From Acetobacterales bacterium (GTDB taxonomy: Bacteria; Pseudomonadota; Alphaproteobacteria; Acetobacterales; Acetobacteraceae): a stretch of DNA of 64,000 nucleotides. Position numbers and translations under genes: made by a program. Position 1 is the first letter of the stretch; each line of letters starts with the position of its first letter. Below the pieces are notes generated by a model, which was not told the origin of the DNA, did no database searches, and worked only from the letters and a program-made list of their open reading frames with translations. This document shows positions 37,781 through 47,531 of this stretch, in pieces. The DNA lies in NCBI GenBank assembly GCA_038323655.1, contig JBBQHE010000002.1:149-64148 (forward strand), written 5' to 3'.

Positions 37781-40231
37781 TCAGCGGCCGAACAGTCCGC
37801 GCAGCAGATCGCCAGGGGTGGTGGGGGGCGCGGCGTCCGGCTCGCGCGGGGGCGGCACTGCGCCCTCTCGCCCAGCCCGGGCCGCCGTCAGGGCCGGGGC
37901 GCAGTCGGGGAGGGGCGGGCCATTGGCACCCAGATCCTGGGCCAGGGCCGACAGCCGTCGGTCCGGCGTGCGTTGCAGCGAAAGCAGCGCCCCGAGCGCA
38001 CCCGCCGCCGCCCCGCGCGCATCCACCTGGCCGATGCGCGGATTGCCCAGGCTGCCAACCAGGCTGACCGGCGCGCGCACACTGACGCCCCCGACCCGCA
38101 GGTCGGGCAGCAGCCGGAGTGCAAGCGCCTCATCCCCCAGGTTGATCGTGCCCGTGCCGCCGATCCGGCCCAGGGCGCCATCGACCAACAGGGTCTGCAC
38201 CGTCGCCACGCCGCCTTCGGCCCGCAACCAGAGCGCGGAACAGCGCAAAGCCACGCCGTCACGAGGCAACCCGCCCGGGAGCAGAAGCCCCACAAGCTGC
38301 GGCGGCAGCCCCGCGACGGAGGCGGGTTCCAGCTGCCCGCCGAGCATGGCCAATCCCAGGTGACCCGTGGCGCCTGCCAGAAATTCCCGCAAATCCGCGC
38401 CCGGTCCGGCCAGTTCGGCGTCGATCTCAAGCGCGCCGGACAGGCGGCGCGTCAGGCCATAGGCGGTCTCGAAGGTGGCGGTATCCAGCGCATCGGTCCG
38501 AACCCGCAGCGCCAGCCGCGCGGGCGTTGCTTCGACGCGCAGCGCCAGCCGCCCGCCGGGAATGGTCATCGCAAGGGGGTCCAGCAGTGCCTGGCCGGGG
38601 GCAAGGGCCAGGCGAAGGTCGAGGTCGCGGTAAGTCACGCTGTCCAGAATGACCTCGGCCCCACGCAGGGCGATGTCGCCGGTGACAGGCAGCCGGGCCA
38701 GGGCGGCCAGCGGCAGCGGCAGGTCCGGGATGACCCGCGCAGTCGCGGCTGCGCGCGGCAAGGGCGGCGACACCACTGGCGCTGCGGGCGCGGCCGGGAC
38801 TGGCGCGGGGGCTGGCGCTGCCGTTGGCGCTAGGACCGGGCCCGGGGCCGACAGGCCGGCCAGGGTGGCGCGCATCGCATCCAGGTCCAGGTGCCGGCTG
38901 GTCAGCGCTGCGGTGACTCGCAGCGGGCTGGCAGGCTGCACCAGGACATCGCCGGCCAGGTCGCCCTGGCCGCTGTCGATCGACAGCCCGGCGATGCGCA
39001 AGCCGCCGGCCTCCGGCGCCAGCCGTGCGCCGGCGACCAGCCCGATCAGGCCGGGCAGAGGCAGGCCCAGCCGCCGCCCGCTGGCGCCGAGGTCGGCCGC
39101 GCGCAGAGAGACCGTGCCGGTCGGCTGGCCACCCTGTGCCGGCAACACCGACTCGACGCTGATCGCCAACCCCTCGCCTTGTGCCGAAACCCGCAGCGGC
39201 CAGTCAATCTCGGGGGCGCCGGGCAGAAACCGCGCCGGCGCGCCCGCGGCCAGGACCACGGCCAGGCTGCCCTGGCCAAGCCGCAACCGTCCCTCGCCCG
39301 CCAGCGGCGCCGCGGCGCCCGCTGCGGTCAGGGTGATCGATTCGAGCAGCGCCGCCCCGAGTGCCGCGCTGTCGATCGTGGCGCGCAGGTCCGACAGGCG
39401 GCGATCCGCGCCCAGTCTTGCGGTGACCAAGATGGCCTCCATCGGCGGCAGCAGGGCCAGGCGCGGTACCCAGGGCGCCAGCCGCGCAAGCCGGTCCAGG
39501 CGCAGCGATACAAGGCCGCTCGCCTCGCCATTGCGTACAACGTTGCCCTCGAAGCCCAGGCTGGCGCCCTCGGCCGTGACGGTCGCAGCCAAAGGCCATG
39601 GCGCGTCACCGAGCACCTGCGGCAACGTCCCGCCGGTCGCGGCCAGGCGCAGCGGCTGTTCGCGCAGGCGCAACTCCCCGTCCAGCGCCAGCACGCCGTT
39701 GGCCCCGGCGGTCACGACCACTCTGGGGACGAGCAGGGTTTGCCCGGCGAAAGTCACGCGGCCGTCCTCCAGCACCAGGCGTTCCAGCCGCAGGCTGGGC
39801 TCGCGCGGCGGACGGGGGGCGGAAGCTGCGCCGGTGGCCGGCCCGCGCACGGGGGCGAAGACCCAATTGGCGTTCTCGAAAAGCACGTCGGCCCCCGAAA
39901 GCCGCAGGCTGGACAGCACAACCTGGCCACGGAACAGCGGCCAGGGGTCGAGGGCGGCCGTGGCCCGGCGCAGGGTCAGCATCTCGGCCCGAGAACCGCC
40001 CGGAAGGTTGCCGACCGTGATTCTTTCGGCCGAAACGGACAACAACCCCAGGCGCAGCGGGCCGGTGATCGCGACGGCGCGGCCGGTGGCGCGTTCCGCC
40101 TCCGCCACCAGCCTGGGTCGCAGGCTGTCGGGGTCGAAGACCAGCAGCGCCCAAGCGGCCGCCGCCGCCAGCACCAGGGCGGGCAGGGCCAGCATCAGCA
40201 GGGCCGCGCGCTTCAGCGTCATGGCCGGCAT
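37781..40231 (-). CDS. AsmA family outer-membrane-biogenesis protein
   Basis: N-terminal anchor ..LKRAALLMLALPALVLAAAAAW.., then a long repetitive beta-rich region and an AsmA-like C-terminus; 816 aa. Confidence 0.75.
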   Translation of the reverse strand: MPAMTLKRAALLMLALPALVLAAAAAWALLVFDPDSLRPRLVAEAERATGRAVAITGPLRLGLLSVSAERITVGNLPGGSRAEMLTLRRATAALDPWPLFRGQVVLSSLRLSGADVLFENANWVFAPVRGPATGAASAPRPPREPSLRLERLVLEDGRVTFAGQTLLVPRVVVTAGANGVLALDGELRLREQPLRLAATGGTLPQVLGDAPWPLAATVTAEGASLGFEGNVVRNGEASGLVSLRLDRLARLAPWVPRLALLPPMEAILVTARLGADRRLSDLRATIDSAALGAALLESITLTAAGAAAPLAGEGRLRLGQGSLAVVLAAGAPARFLPGAPEIDWPLRVSAQGEGLAISVESVLPAQGGQPTGTVSLRAADLGASGRRLGLPLPGLIGLVAGARLAPEAGGLRIAGLSIDSGQGDLAGDVLVQPASPLRVTAALTSRHLDLDAMRATLAGLSAPGPVLAPTAAPAPAPVPAAPAAPVVSPPLPRAAATARVIPDLPLPLAALARLPVTGDIALRGAEVILDSVTYRDLDLRLALAPGQALLDPLAMTIPGGRLALRVEATPARLALRVRTDALDTATFETAYGLTRRLSGALEIDAELAGPGADLREFLAGATGHLGLAMLGGQLEPASVAGLPPQLVGLLLPGGLPRDGVALRCSALWLRAEGGVATVQTLLVDGALGRIGGTGTINLGDEALALRLLPDLRVGGVSVRAPVSLVGSLGNPRIGQVDARGAAAGALGALLSLQRTPDRRLSALAQDLGANGPPLPDCAPALTAARAGREGAVPPPREPDAAPPTTPGDLLRGLFGR

Positions 40232-40249
40232 ATGGGGCGCCTGGGCTGC

Positions 40250-41248
40250 TTACCCAGCCCTGCGCGGCTTATGGGCGCGCGGCGCCTCGAAGCCGAAAAA
40301 GGCGTAGGTTTCGACCATGTGCGGCGGCAGGCTGGCCTCGACCTCCAGCGTGCCGCCCATCGGGTGCGGCAGCTTGATCGCCCGTGCGTGCAGGTGCAGC
40401 GCGCCGGGCAGGCCCTCGATATGCGCCGCCGCGGCGCCGTACTTTCCGTCGCCCAGGATCGGCGCCCCCAGGGCCTCCAGGCAATGCACGCGCAGCTGGT
40501 GGGTGCGGCCGGTCAGGGGTTTGAGTTCCAGCCAGGCGGCGCGGTGGCGCACCACGTCCAGCGTGCGGAAGTCGGTAACGGCGCGGATGCCCTCCGGCGC
40601 GCGGGCGCCGGGTTCGTCCGGGTCGGCCACGGCCGCGGTCATGCGTTCGCCGCGCGCGCCGGGGGCCTTCATCAGCGGCATTTCGATGCGGCCTTCAGCC
40701 GGCACCGGCTGGCCGACAACCACGGCCCAGTACGTTTTTTCGGCTTCCCGCCCGGAAAAAGCCGCGGCCAGTTTCGCCGCCGCCCCGGCGGAGCGGGCCA
40801 GCAGCAGCACGCCCGAAGTGTCGCGGTCCAGCCGGTGCACCAGGCGGGGCTTTTCATCCGCGTCGAAACGCAGCGCGTCCAGCAGTCCGTCGAGGTGCTT
40901 GGTGATGCCGGGCCCGCCCTGCACCGCCAAGCCGTGCGGCTTGTCGATCGCGATCACATGCTCGTCGCGATACAGCACCACGCGCTGCAGGTCCTTGGCC
41001 GCGCGGTCATCGACCGGGCGCGGCGCCGCCTTGGGCGCCTGGCCTTCTGGCAGCGGCGGCACGCGCACCACCATGCCAGCGGCGAGCCGGTCATTCGCTT
41101 CGGCCCGCTTGCCATCGACCCGTACCTGGCCGGTGCGCAGCATTTTTTGCAACGCGCCTTGCGTCAGCTGCGGGAAATGGCGGCGGAACCAGCGGTCCAG
41201 GCGGGTGTCGGCGTCATCGGCGCGGACGGTCAGGGTCTGGATCGTCAC
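40250..41248 (-). CDS. RluA-family 23S rRNA pseudouridine synthase (RluC/RluD-like, with S4 domain)
   Basis: GTG at 41248 is in frame. S4-like RLDRWFRRHFP..LQKMLRTGQVRVDGKR, catalytic HRLDRDTSGVLLLAR, and ..GRTHQLRVH... Confidence 0.85.
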   Translation of the reverse strand: MTIQTLTVRADDADTRLDRWFRRHFPQLTQGALQKMLRTGQVRVDGKRAEANDRLAAGMVVRVPPLPEGQAPKAAPRPVDDRAAKDLQRVVLYRDEHVIAIDKPHGLAVQGGPGITKHLDGLLDALRFDADEKPRLVHRLDRDTSGVLLLARSAGAAAKLAAAFSGREAEKTYWAVVVGQPVPAEGRIEMPLMKAPGARGERMTAAVADPDEPGARAPEGIRAVTDFRTLDVVRHRAAWLELKPLTGRTHQLRVHCLEALGAPILGDGKYGAAAAHIEGLPGALHLHARAIKLPHPMGGTLEVEASLPPHMVETYAFFGFEAPRAHKPRRAG

Positions 41249-41404
41249 TGGCGGGACGCTCCCAGGGCGGGGCAGGCGGGGAGCATGGCATCCTTGTCTG
41301 GCTTGCAGGGGGGCCTCCCCCGGCGCGGGCCGTATACACCGCTGTCCCGTCGCCGTGGGGTCAAAACCGTGCAACCCAGGGCGGCGCTTACCCTCCGCTA
41401 ACCG

Positions 41405-41761
41405 ATGATGCTGTTCCCTGTGCTGGCGCAGGGAGGCAGGACGGTGAAGATCGGTTACGACGACAACGGCGAAGCCTTTGTTTCCGCCTACGAGCCCGGC
41501 GACATGGTCATGTTGCGGGCCGATGAGACAGGGCCCTACGCCACCGGCCGTGCCGGCGACTGGGGCCGGGTGACGTCGTTCGACAGCCGGACTGGCCAGG
41601 CCAGCATCGCTGTTTCTGGCTATTGCCAACCCAAGGGCAGCACGATCGCCGCCTTGTCCGGCATCCCGCGCCGCATCCTTACGCCCTGCGACAGCCGGGG
41701 CCAGCCGGTGGCGCTGAAGCGACATATCCACGCGGCAATGCCGGTTCGCGCCCGGCTGTAG
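41405..41761 (+). CDS. Hypothetical small protein (start may be GTG 41444 after GGAGG)
   Basis: The ORF ..VKIGYDDNGEAFVSAYEPGDMVMLRADETGPYATGRAGDWGRVTSFD.. has a coding-like GC3 pattern. I recognise no family. Confidence 0.4.
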   Translation: MMLFPVLAQGGRTVKIGYDDNGEAFVSAYEPGDMVMLRADETGPYATGRAGDWGRVTSFDSRTGQASIAVSGYCQPKGSTIAALSGIPRRILTPCDSRGQPVALKRHIHAAMPVRARL

Positions 41762-41827
41762 AACGGGCTTGAACAGCCCGCCGGCCCCGGGGCGTCACGC
41801 GAGCAGCGGGGTGTTGCATCGGCCGGT

Positions 41828-42919
41828 TCAGATGCGCCGCTCCGCGATAAACTGCTTGAGCGGGAAGTGCAGGCAGTCGAGCTCACGGCCATCCGTGTCG
41901 CGATAGGTCGCATCCCGCCAGACGCCCCGTGCTGCAAAGGCCAGCTGTTCGCGCTGCACCAGGCAGGCGCGGGTCAAGGAAGCCGCCTGGATCAACGCCG
42001 TGGCCGCGAAAAAATCCGCGAGCGTCCAGTTTGCCACGGCCAGGCGCATGACCTCGGGCGCCAGCGACAGCACCGCCTCCGCCTCCTCTGCCGCGCCGCT
42101 CCGGCCAAGCGCACGGCCCAACACAAAGACCGCCTTGAGCGTTTTCGCGACCTGGGCCGGGGCGCCCGCCACCTCCCGCCAGCGCGCCACCGCCGCGCGC
42201 AGCGGCTGCAGGGGCTGGGCCGCGCCCTGCATCACCGCCAGGTGATGCGACACCAGGCAGAGCGAGAGATACCAGCGCAGCGCGATCGGCTCCGCCACGC
42301 CCTCCAGGCGCTGGATCAGCGCAGCAGCGTCTCGGCGGCACGGCTCCAGCAGGGTCTCGGTGTTCGGGGTTTTCTCCAGCACGCGATAGGCCAGCACGAC
42401 CAAGGCCGCCGCTTGCTCGATCGGATTGTCCGCCATCGCGGTCATGCGGCGGCGGGCGTGGAAGGCGATGGTTTCCATATCGCGCAACCGGGTGGTCGGG
42501 CTTTGAAGATGCTGGGCGAACTGCGCCGTGTCGGTCGGGCAGAAAGCCAGGCCCGAAAGCCGGTCAGCCACCGGCAAGCGCGCCCAGAGGCCGGTGTCCG
42601 AAAGCAGCATCAGCTCCGGCAGTACCCCGGGCGGCACCTGGGGCTGCCAGCGCCCGATGCCCCGCGCGTGAAACCGGAAACCCCAGGCGACTGGCGCGGC
42701 CGGCCCCTCGTCCAGGGTAAAGCGGTCCAGCCGATACAGGCTGCCGCCGATGGCCACCCCGATGGCCGCCGCCGGGCCGAAGCCCGGTGGCGTGGCGGTC
42801 CAGCCTTTCACATAAGGCCGCTCCGCACGGATCACCGCGCGCTCGATCAGACCCGGCACGGTCCCGTTGAAGGGCAGGAATTCCCGGCCGTCGGCTACCA
42901 GGGTCACCGCCTTGTTCAT
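41828..42919 (-). CDS. Hypothetical protein, 363 aa, no recognisable family
   Basis: Clean ATG ORF with strong GC3 bias. An N-terminal ~130-aa beta-like region (..GWTATPPGFGPAAAIGVAIGGSLYRLDRFTLDEG..) is followed by an all-helical C-terminal region. No motif is known to me. Confidence 0.6.
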   Translation of the reverse strand: MNKAVTLVADGREFLPFNGTVPGLIERAVIRAERPYVKGWTATPPGFGPAAAIGVAIGGSLYRLDRFTLDEGPAAPVAWGFRFHARGIGRWQPQVPPGVLPELMLLSDTGLWARLPVADRLSGLAFCPTDTAQFAQHLQSPTTRLRDMETIAFHARRRMTAMADNPIEQAAALVVLAYRVLEKTPNTETLLEPCRRDAAALIQRLEGVAEPIALRWYLSLCLVSHHLAVMQGAAQPLQPLRAAVARWREVAGAPAQVAKTLKAVFVLGRALGRSGAAEEAEAVLSLAPEVMRLAVANWTLADFFAATALIQAASLTRACLVQREQLAFAARGVWRDATYRDTDGRELDCLHFPLKQFIAERRI

Positions 42920-42984
42920 GACGGCTTCAACCCCAGGGGCGCTTCGTGCAGCATCGGTCGCACAACCGTCTGGACGCCAGTGCC

Positions 42985-43416
42985 ATGATCGCCGGACAGA
43001 TCGCCCTGATCATCGCTGCGGCTTTCGCCGCAGCCGCCCTGTATATCAACATCGCCGAACAGCCGGCCCGGTTGATGCTCGGCGACGAAGCCCTGCTGGC
43101 GCAGTGGAAGCCTGCCTATGCCCGCGGGTTTGCGATGCAGGCGAGCCTTGCCATCGCGGGCTTTGTCGCCGGTGTCGCAGCCTGGTGGGCGACGGACGGG
43201 CCGTTGTGGCTGGTTGGGGCCTTCGTGCTGGTCGCCAACTGGCCCTACACGTTGCTCGGCATCATGCCGACCAACCATGTGCTGAACGCGATCCCGCCGG
43301 GCCAGGCCGGGACCGAAAGCCGCCGGTTGATCCTGCACTGGGGGCGGTTGCATGCGGTGCGCACGGCCCTTGGCGTGGCCGCGACGGTGCTGTTCCTGCT
43401 GGCCTCGCTGCGCTGA
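42985..43416 (+). CDS. DUF1772 (anthrone-oxygenase-like) membrane protein
   Basis: Four predicted TM helices. ..LYINIAEQPARL.., ..ANWPYTLLGIMPTNHVL.. resemble DUF1772 proteins. ATG 42985 is preferred over the track start 42946. Confidence 0.65.
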   Translation: MIAGQIALIIAAAFAAAALYINIAEQPARLMLGDEALLAQWKPAYARGFAMQASLAIAGFVAGVAAWWATDGPLWLVGAFVLVANWPYTLLGIMPTNHVLNAIPPGQAGTESRRLILHWGRLHAVRTALGVAATVLFLLASLR

Positions 43417-43441
43417 CGCGGCCCGCCGCACCTTGCAGCGC

Positions 43442-43933
43442 TCAGGCCACCTGAAGCCCGTGGTAGTCACGCTGCCAGTAGATCAGCGCGCGGCCGCCGG
43501 TGCCGGCGCGGACCGCCACGACCTCGGCGAACAAGACGCTGTGCGTGCCCTTGTCGACGGAATCGACGATGCGGCAATCGAAGGAAACGACATCGCTGTC
43601 CAGCGCCGGGGCGCCGGTGACCAAGGTGCTCCAGGACGCGGTGGCGAAGCGTTCCGCCATTGCGACATCGCCAAAGCCGGCGAAGACCGACGACAGGGCC
43701 TGCTGCCCGACTGCGAGCGTGTTGACGCACAGCACACGGTTCGCGTCGAAAATCGCACTGGTCGAACTGCCGCGGCGCATGCAGACAAGCAGGGTGGGCG
43801 GATCGTCCGTCACGCTGCACACCGCGCTCGCGGTGAATCCGGCGCGACCGGCAGGCCCGTCGGTGGTGACGATGTTCACCGCCGCCCCCAATCTCGCCAT
43901 CGCATCGCGAAAATCCTGGCGGCTGGCGTGCAT
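43442..43933 (-). CDS. Flavin reductase (NADH:FMN oxidoreductase), RutF/HpaC-like
   Basis: FRDAMARLGAAVNIVTTDGPAGRAGFTASAVCSVTDDPPTLLVC..LCVNTL.. is almost colinear with E. coli RutF as I recall it. Confidence 0.85.
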   Translation of the reverse strand: MHASRQDFRDAMARLGAAVNIVTTDGPAGRAGFTASAVCSVTDDPPTLLVCMRRGSSTSAIFDANRVLCVNTLAVGQQALSSVFAGFGDVAMAERFATASWSTLVTGAPALDSDVVSFDCRIVDSVDKGTHSVLFAEVVAVRAGTGGRALIYWQRDYHGLQVA

Positions 43934-44065
43934 AACGGGCTCCGGTCGTGTTGCAGTTGGTTTAGGGCCAGCGCGGCCCGAGGCAAAGGGGGCGGCGCCC
44001 GCGCTCAGCCGCGTGTGATTCTTGCGGCAAGGCTGCCGGTGCAGTCCCGCGTCGCCGCGGTTGCT

Positions 44066-44956
44066 TCATCTGGCCGGATAAAGGCCCCGGATCGTCCGCG
44101 CCAGCCCATCCTGCCAGGGCGGCAGGGTGAGGCCGAAGACCTCGGCCAGGCGGCTGCCGTCCATGCGGCCGTCCATCGGGCGGGTGGCCTTGGTCGGCCA
44201 ATCGGATGTGGCGATGGCCTCCACGGTTGGGGATGGCCCGCCAAACGGACGGGCGGCGGCGAAGATTGCCTCGGCAAAGCCGTGCCAGGTGGTGGCGCCC
44301 TGGTTGGTCGCGTGGAACACGCCGCGATAAGCGGGCTGCCAGCCGCCGGTCCGGATACGGTCCAGGATCGCCACGATAGCGTCGGCCAGGTCCGGGGCCG
44401 CGGTCGGTGCGCCATGCTGGTCGCCGACAACCCGCAGCACCGGGCGTTCGGCGCCGAAATGCAGCATCGTCTTCACAAAATTCTTGCCCATCGGGGCGTG
44501 CACCCAGGCGGTGCGCAGCACGGTGGTCTGCGGATTGGCGGCCAACGCCGCCCATTCGCCCGCCAGCTTGGTACGGCCGTAGACGCTTTGCGGATTGGGG
44601 AGGTCGTCCTCGACATAGGGCGCGCCCTTCAGCCCGTCGAAGACATAATCGGTAGAGATCTGCACCAGCGGTATGCCAAGGGCGGCGCAATGCTGGCCCA
44701 CGATCGCGGGGCCGATGGCATTGGCGCGGAAGACGTCAGACGGGGCGTCCTCCGCCGCGTCCACGGCGGTCCAGGCGGCGGCGTTCACCACGGCCTCGGG
44801 GCGGTGGGTGGCAAAGGCGGCGGCGATCGTCTCCGGCCGGTCGAATTCAAATGTCGGCTGGCCGACGAGAAGCGCCTCGAACCCCAGGGCCGGGAGCGCC
44901 TCGGCCAGGCCGGTCGCAAGTTGGCCGCCCTGGCCGGTGACCAGAATGCGACGCAT
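44066..44956 (-). CDS. rfbD: dTDP-4-dehydrorhamnose reductase
   Basis: ATG 44956 (MRRILVTGQGGQLA..), ..STDYVFDG.., ..YGRTKLAGE... Confidence 0.9.
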   Translation of the reverse strand: MRRILVTGQGGQLATGLAEALPALGFEALLVGQPTFEFDRPETIAAAFATHRPEAVVNAAAWTAVDAAEDAPSDVFRANAIGPAIVGQHCAALGIPLVQISTDYVFDGLKGAPYVEDDLPNPQSVYGRTKLAGEWAALAANPQTTVLRTAWVHAPMGKNFVKTMLHFGAERPVLRVVGDQHGAPTAAPDLADAIVAILDRIRTGGWQPAYRGVFHATNQGATTWHGFAEAIFAAARPFGGPSPTVEAIATSDWPTKATRPMDGRMDGSRLAEVFGLTLPPWQDGLARTIRGLYPAR

Positions 44957-44964
44957 CGCGGACC

Positions 44965-45522
44965 TCACAGGGTGAAGGGTGGGGGGATGTCGGCCAGGCG
45001 CGGTGCTTTCCGGTCCTTGTCCGACAGGATTGCGGCCTCTGCATCCAGCGGCCAGTCGATGCCCAATGCGGGGTCGTTCCACAGGATTCCGGCATCGGTC
45101 GAGGGGTCGTAGTAAGAATCGACCTTGTAGATCACCTCGGTGTCGGGTTCGAGCGTGCAGAACCCATGGGCAAAGCCGCGTGGCACCAGCATCTGGCGCC
45201 AGTTGCTGGCCGAGAGCACGGCGGAGACATGCCGCCCGAAGGTCGGCGACCCGGCCCGCACATCCACCGCCACGTCCAGGATCGCGCCGCGGATCACGCG
45301 CACCAGCTTGGTCTGCGCCGTTGGCGGCCGCTGGAAGTGCAGGCCCCGCACCACGCCGCGTTCGGCCGACAGCGAATGATTGTCCTGCACGAAATCAACA
45401 TCGACGCCCAGGTCGACCAGCGGCTGGCGCTTCCAGACCTCGGAGAAGAAGCCGCGGGCATCGCCGAACTTCTTTGGCTCGATCAGCAGCACCTCCGGGA
45501 TGGCGAGGCGTTCGATCTTCAT
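44965..45522 (-). CDS. rfbC: dTDP-4-dehydrorhamnose 3,5-epimerase
   Basis: ..[10 protein letters not shown].., ..RGLHFQ.., ..VPRGFAHGF.. in a 185-aa cupin. Confidence 0.9.
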   Translation of the reverse strand: MKIERLAIPEVLLIEPKKFGDARGFFSEVWKRQPLVDLGVDVDFVQDNHSLSAERGVVRGLHFQRPPTAQTKLVRVIRGAILDVAVDVRAGSPTFGRHVSAVLSASNWRQMLVPRGFAHGFCTLEPDTEVIYKVDSYYDPSTDAGILWNDPALGIDWPLDAEAAILSDKDRKAPRLADIPPPFTL

Positions 45523-46400
45523 GCGTGACGCCCGTCGGCCAGTTCGGCCAGATACTTTCCGTAGGCGGTCTTGCCGAGCGCCTTTGCCTGCGCCTGCAGG
45601 GCGTCGGCGTCGATGAAGCCCATGCGGAAGGCGATTTCCTCTGGGCAGCCGACCTGCACGCTCTGCCGTTCCTGCACGGTCTGCACGAATTGCGCGGCCT
45701 GCAGCAGTGACCCCGGGGTGCCGGCATCGAACCAGGCGCAGCCACGGCCGAAGCGTTCGGCAGCGAGCGACCCCGCGGCCATGTAGACCTTGTTCAGGTC
45801 GGTGATCTCCAACTCGCCGCGGGCCGAGGGGGCGAGGCTGCGGGCCATGTCGGTTACGCGCTTGTCGTAGAAATACAAACCGATGACGGCCCAGTTGGAT
45901 TTCGGCACCGCCGGCTTTTCCTCCAGCGACAGCACGCGATCCTGCGCGTCGAACTCCGCCACGCCATAGCGTTCGGGGTCGGCCACGCGATAGCCGAAGA
46001 TGGTCGCCTCGCCGCCCTCCGCCCGTGCGGCGGCGGCCTGCAACTGCGCGCTGACGCCGCTGCCAAAAATGATGTTGTCGCCGAGGGCGAGCGCGCAGGC
46101 TTCCCCGGCGATCCAGTCGGCCCCGATGAGAAAGGCCTGGGCGATACCATCGGGCTTGGGCTGTTCGGCATAAGTGATGGTCACGCCGAACTGGCTGCCG
46201 TCGCCGAGCAGGCGGCGGAACATCGGCAGGTCGTGCGGGGTCGAGATCAGCATGATGTCGCGTATGCCCGCCAGCATCAGCGTCCCCAGCGGGTAATAGA
46301 CCATCGGCTTGTCATAGACCGGCAGCAGTTGCTTGCTGGCCGCCAGCGTCATCGGGTGCAACCGCGTGCCCGACCCGCCCGCGAGGAGGATGCCCTTCAT
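45519..46400 (-). CDS. rfbA: Glucose-1-phosphate thymidylyltransferase
   Basis: ATG 46400 ([18 protein letters not shown]..), ..[10 protein letters not shown].., ..LGDNIF... ATGA overlap with rfbB. Confidence 0.9.
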   Translation of the reverse strand: MKGILLAGGSGTRLHPMTLAASKQLLPVYDKPMVYYPLGTLMLAGIRDIMLISTPHDLPMFRRLLGDGSQFGVTITYAEQPKPDGIAQAFLIGADWIAGEACALALGDNIIFGSGVSAQLQAAAARAEGGEATIFGYRVADPERYGVAEFDAQDRVLSLEEKPAVPKSNWAVIGLYFYDKRVTDMARSLAPSARGELEITDLNKVYMAAGSLAAERFGRGCAWFDAGTPGSLLQAAQFVQTVQERQSVQVGCPEEIAFRMGFIDADALQAQAKALGKTAYGKYLAELADGRHA

Positions 46401-47467
46401 GCCGATGCCTTCTCCGTGCCGAGCCGCTGCCCGGCGTAGTGCTTGTCGCGAATGGGGCGCCACCAGGCCTCGTTGGCCAGGTACCAGGCGAGCGTGTCCT
46501 CCAGCCCTGCCTCGAACGACCATTTGGCTTTCCAGCCGAGCGCCACTTCGGCGCCGGAAGGGTCCATCGCATAGCGGAAATCATGGCCCGGGCGGTCGCG
46601 GACATAGGTGATCAGGTTTTCCCGCGGGCCGGCAGTGCCGGGGCGCAGCCGGTCGAGCGTGGCGCAGATGGCGCGCACGACCTCCAGGTTGCTGCGTTCC
46701 TGGCGTGGCCCGAGGCAATAGGTCGCCCCCGGCACGCCGTGCATAAGCGCCAGGCACAACGCCTCGGCATGGTCCTCGACATGAATCCAGTCGCGGATGT
46801 TCGAGCCATCGCCATAGACAGGCAGCGGCTTGCCCTCCAGCGCGTTCAGCGCGACCAGCGGGATCAGCTTTTCCGGGAACTGCCAGGGGCCGTAGTTGTT
46901 GGTGGTGTTGGAGACGAAATTCGGCATCCCGTAGGTATGCTGCCAGGCGCGGACTAGATGGTCAGAGGCGGCCTTGGAAGCGGAATAGGGGCTGCGCGGA
47001 TCGTAGCGCGTGTGTTCGTCGAACGGCGGGTCGTCGCTGCTTTCGAGCGAGCCGAAAACCTCGTCGGTCGAGACATGATGGAAGCGGAAAGCGGCTTTGT
47101 CGGCGGGCGGCAGCGACATCCAGTGTGCCCGGGCGGCTTCCAGCAGCACCTGGGTGCCGACGACATTGGTCTGGATGAAGGCGGCAGGGCCGTCGATCGA
47201 CCGGTCAACATGGCTTTCGGCAGCAAGATGCATCACGCGTGACGGCTGCCATTCGGCGAAGACCGCGCGCATGGCGGCCGCATCGCAGATATCGGCCGTT
47301 ATGTGCACGTGCCGCGGGTCAGCGCCCCAGGTGCCCAGGCTGGCGGGGCTTGCGGCATAGGTCAATTTGTCGACGTTCACGATTGTCGCATCGGTCGTGC
47401 GCAGCAGACGCCGCACCACCGCCGAACCAATGAAGCCCATGCCACCCGTGACAAGATACCGTGTCAT
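46397..47467 (-). CDS. rfbB: dTDP-glucose 4,6-dehydratase
   Basis: ATG 47467 ([15 protein letters not shown]..), ..[11 protein letters not shown].., ..[11 protein letters not shown]... Confidence 0.9.
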   Translation of the reverse strand: MTRYLVTGGMGFIGSAVVRRLLRTTDATIVNVDKLTYAASPASLGTWGADPRHVHITADICDAAAMRAVFAEWQPSRVMHLAAESHVDRSIDGPAAFIQTNVVGTQVLLEAARAHWMSLPPADKAAFRFHHVSTDEVFGSLESSDDPPFDEHTRYDPRSPYSASKAASDHLVRAWQHTYGMPNFVSNTTNNYGPWQFPEKLIPLVALNALEGKPLPVYGDGSNIRDWIHVEDHAEALCLALMHGVPGATYCLGPRQERSNLEVVRAICATLDRLRPGTAGPRENLITYVRDRPGHDFRYAMDPSGAEVALGWKAKWSFEAGLEDTLAWYLANEAWWRPIRDKHYAGQRLGTEKASA

Positions 47468-47531
47468 CAACCTCGTCTTTGTCAAAGTGTCGCTTCGGGT
47501 TAGCGGAGCCGGCGGGTCGAAACAAGCCAGG

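Noticed and set aside
38649-41401. 552-aa and 836-aa plus-strand ORFs
   Set aside because: They are antisense to the AsmA and pseudouridine synthase genes. They are low-complexity and overlap each other in different frames.
43352-45112. 586-aa plus-strand ORF
   Set aside because: It is antisense to the RutF-like, rfbD and rfbC genes.
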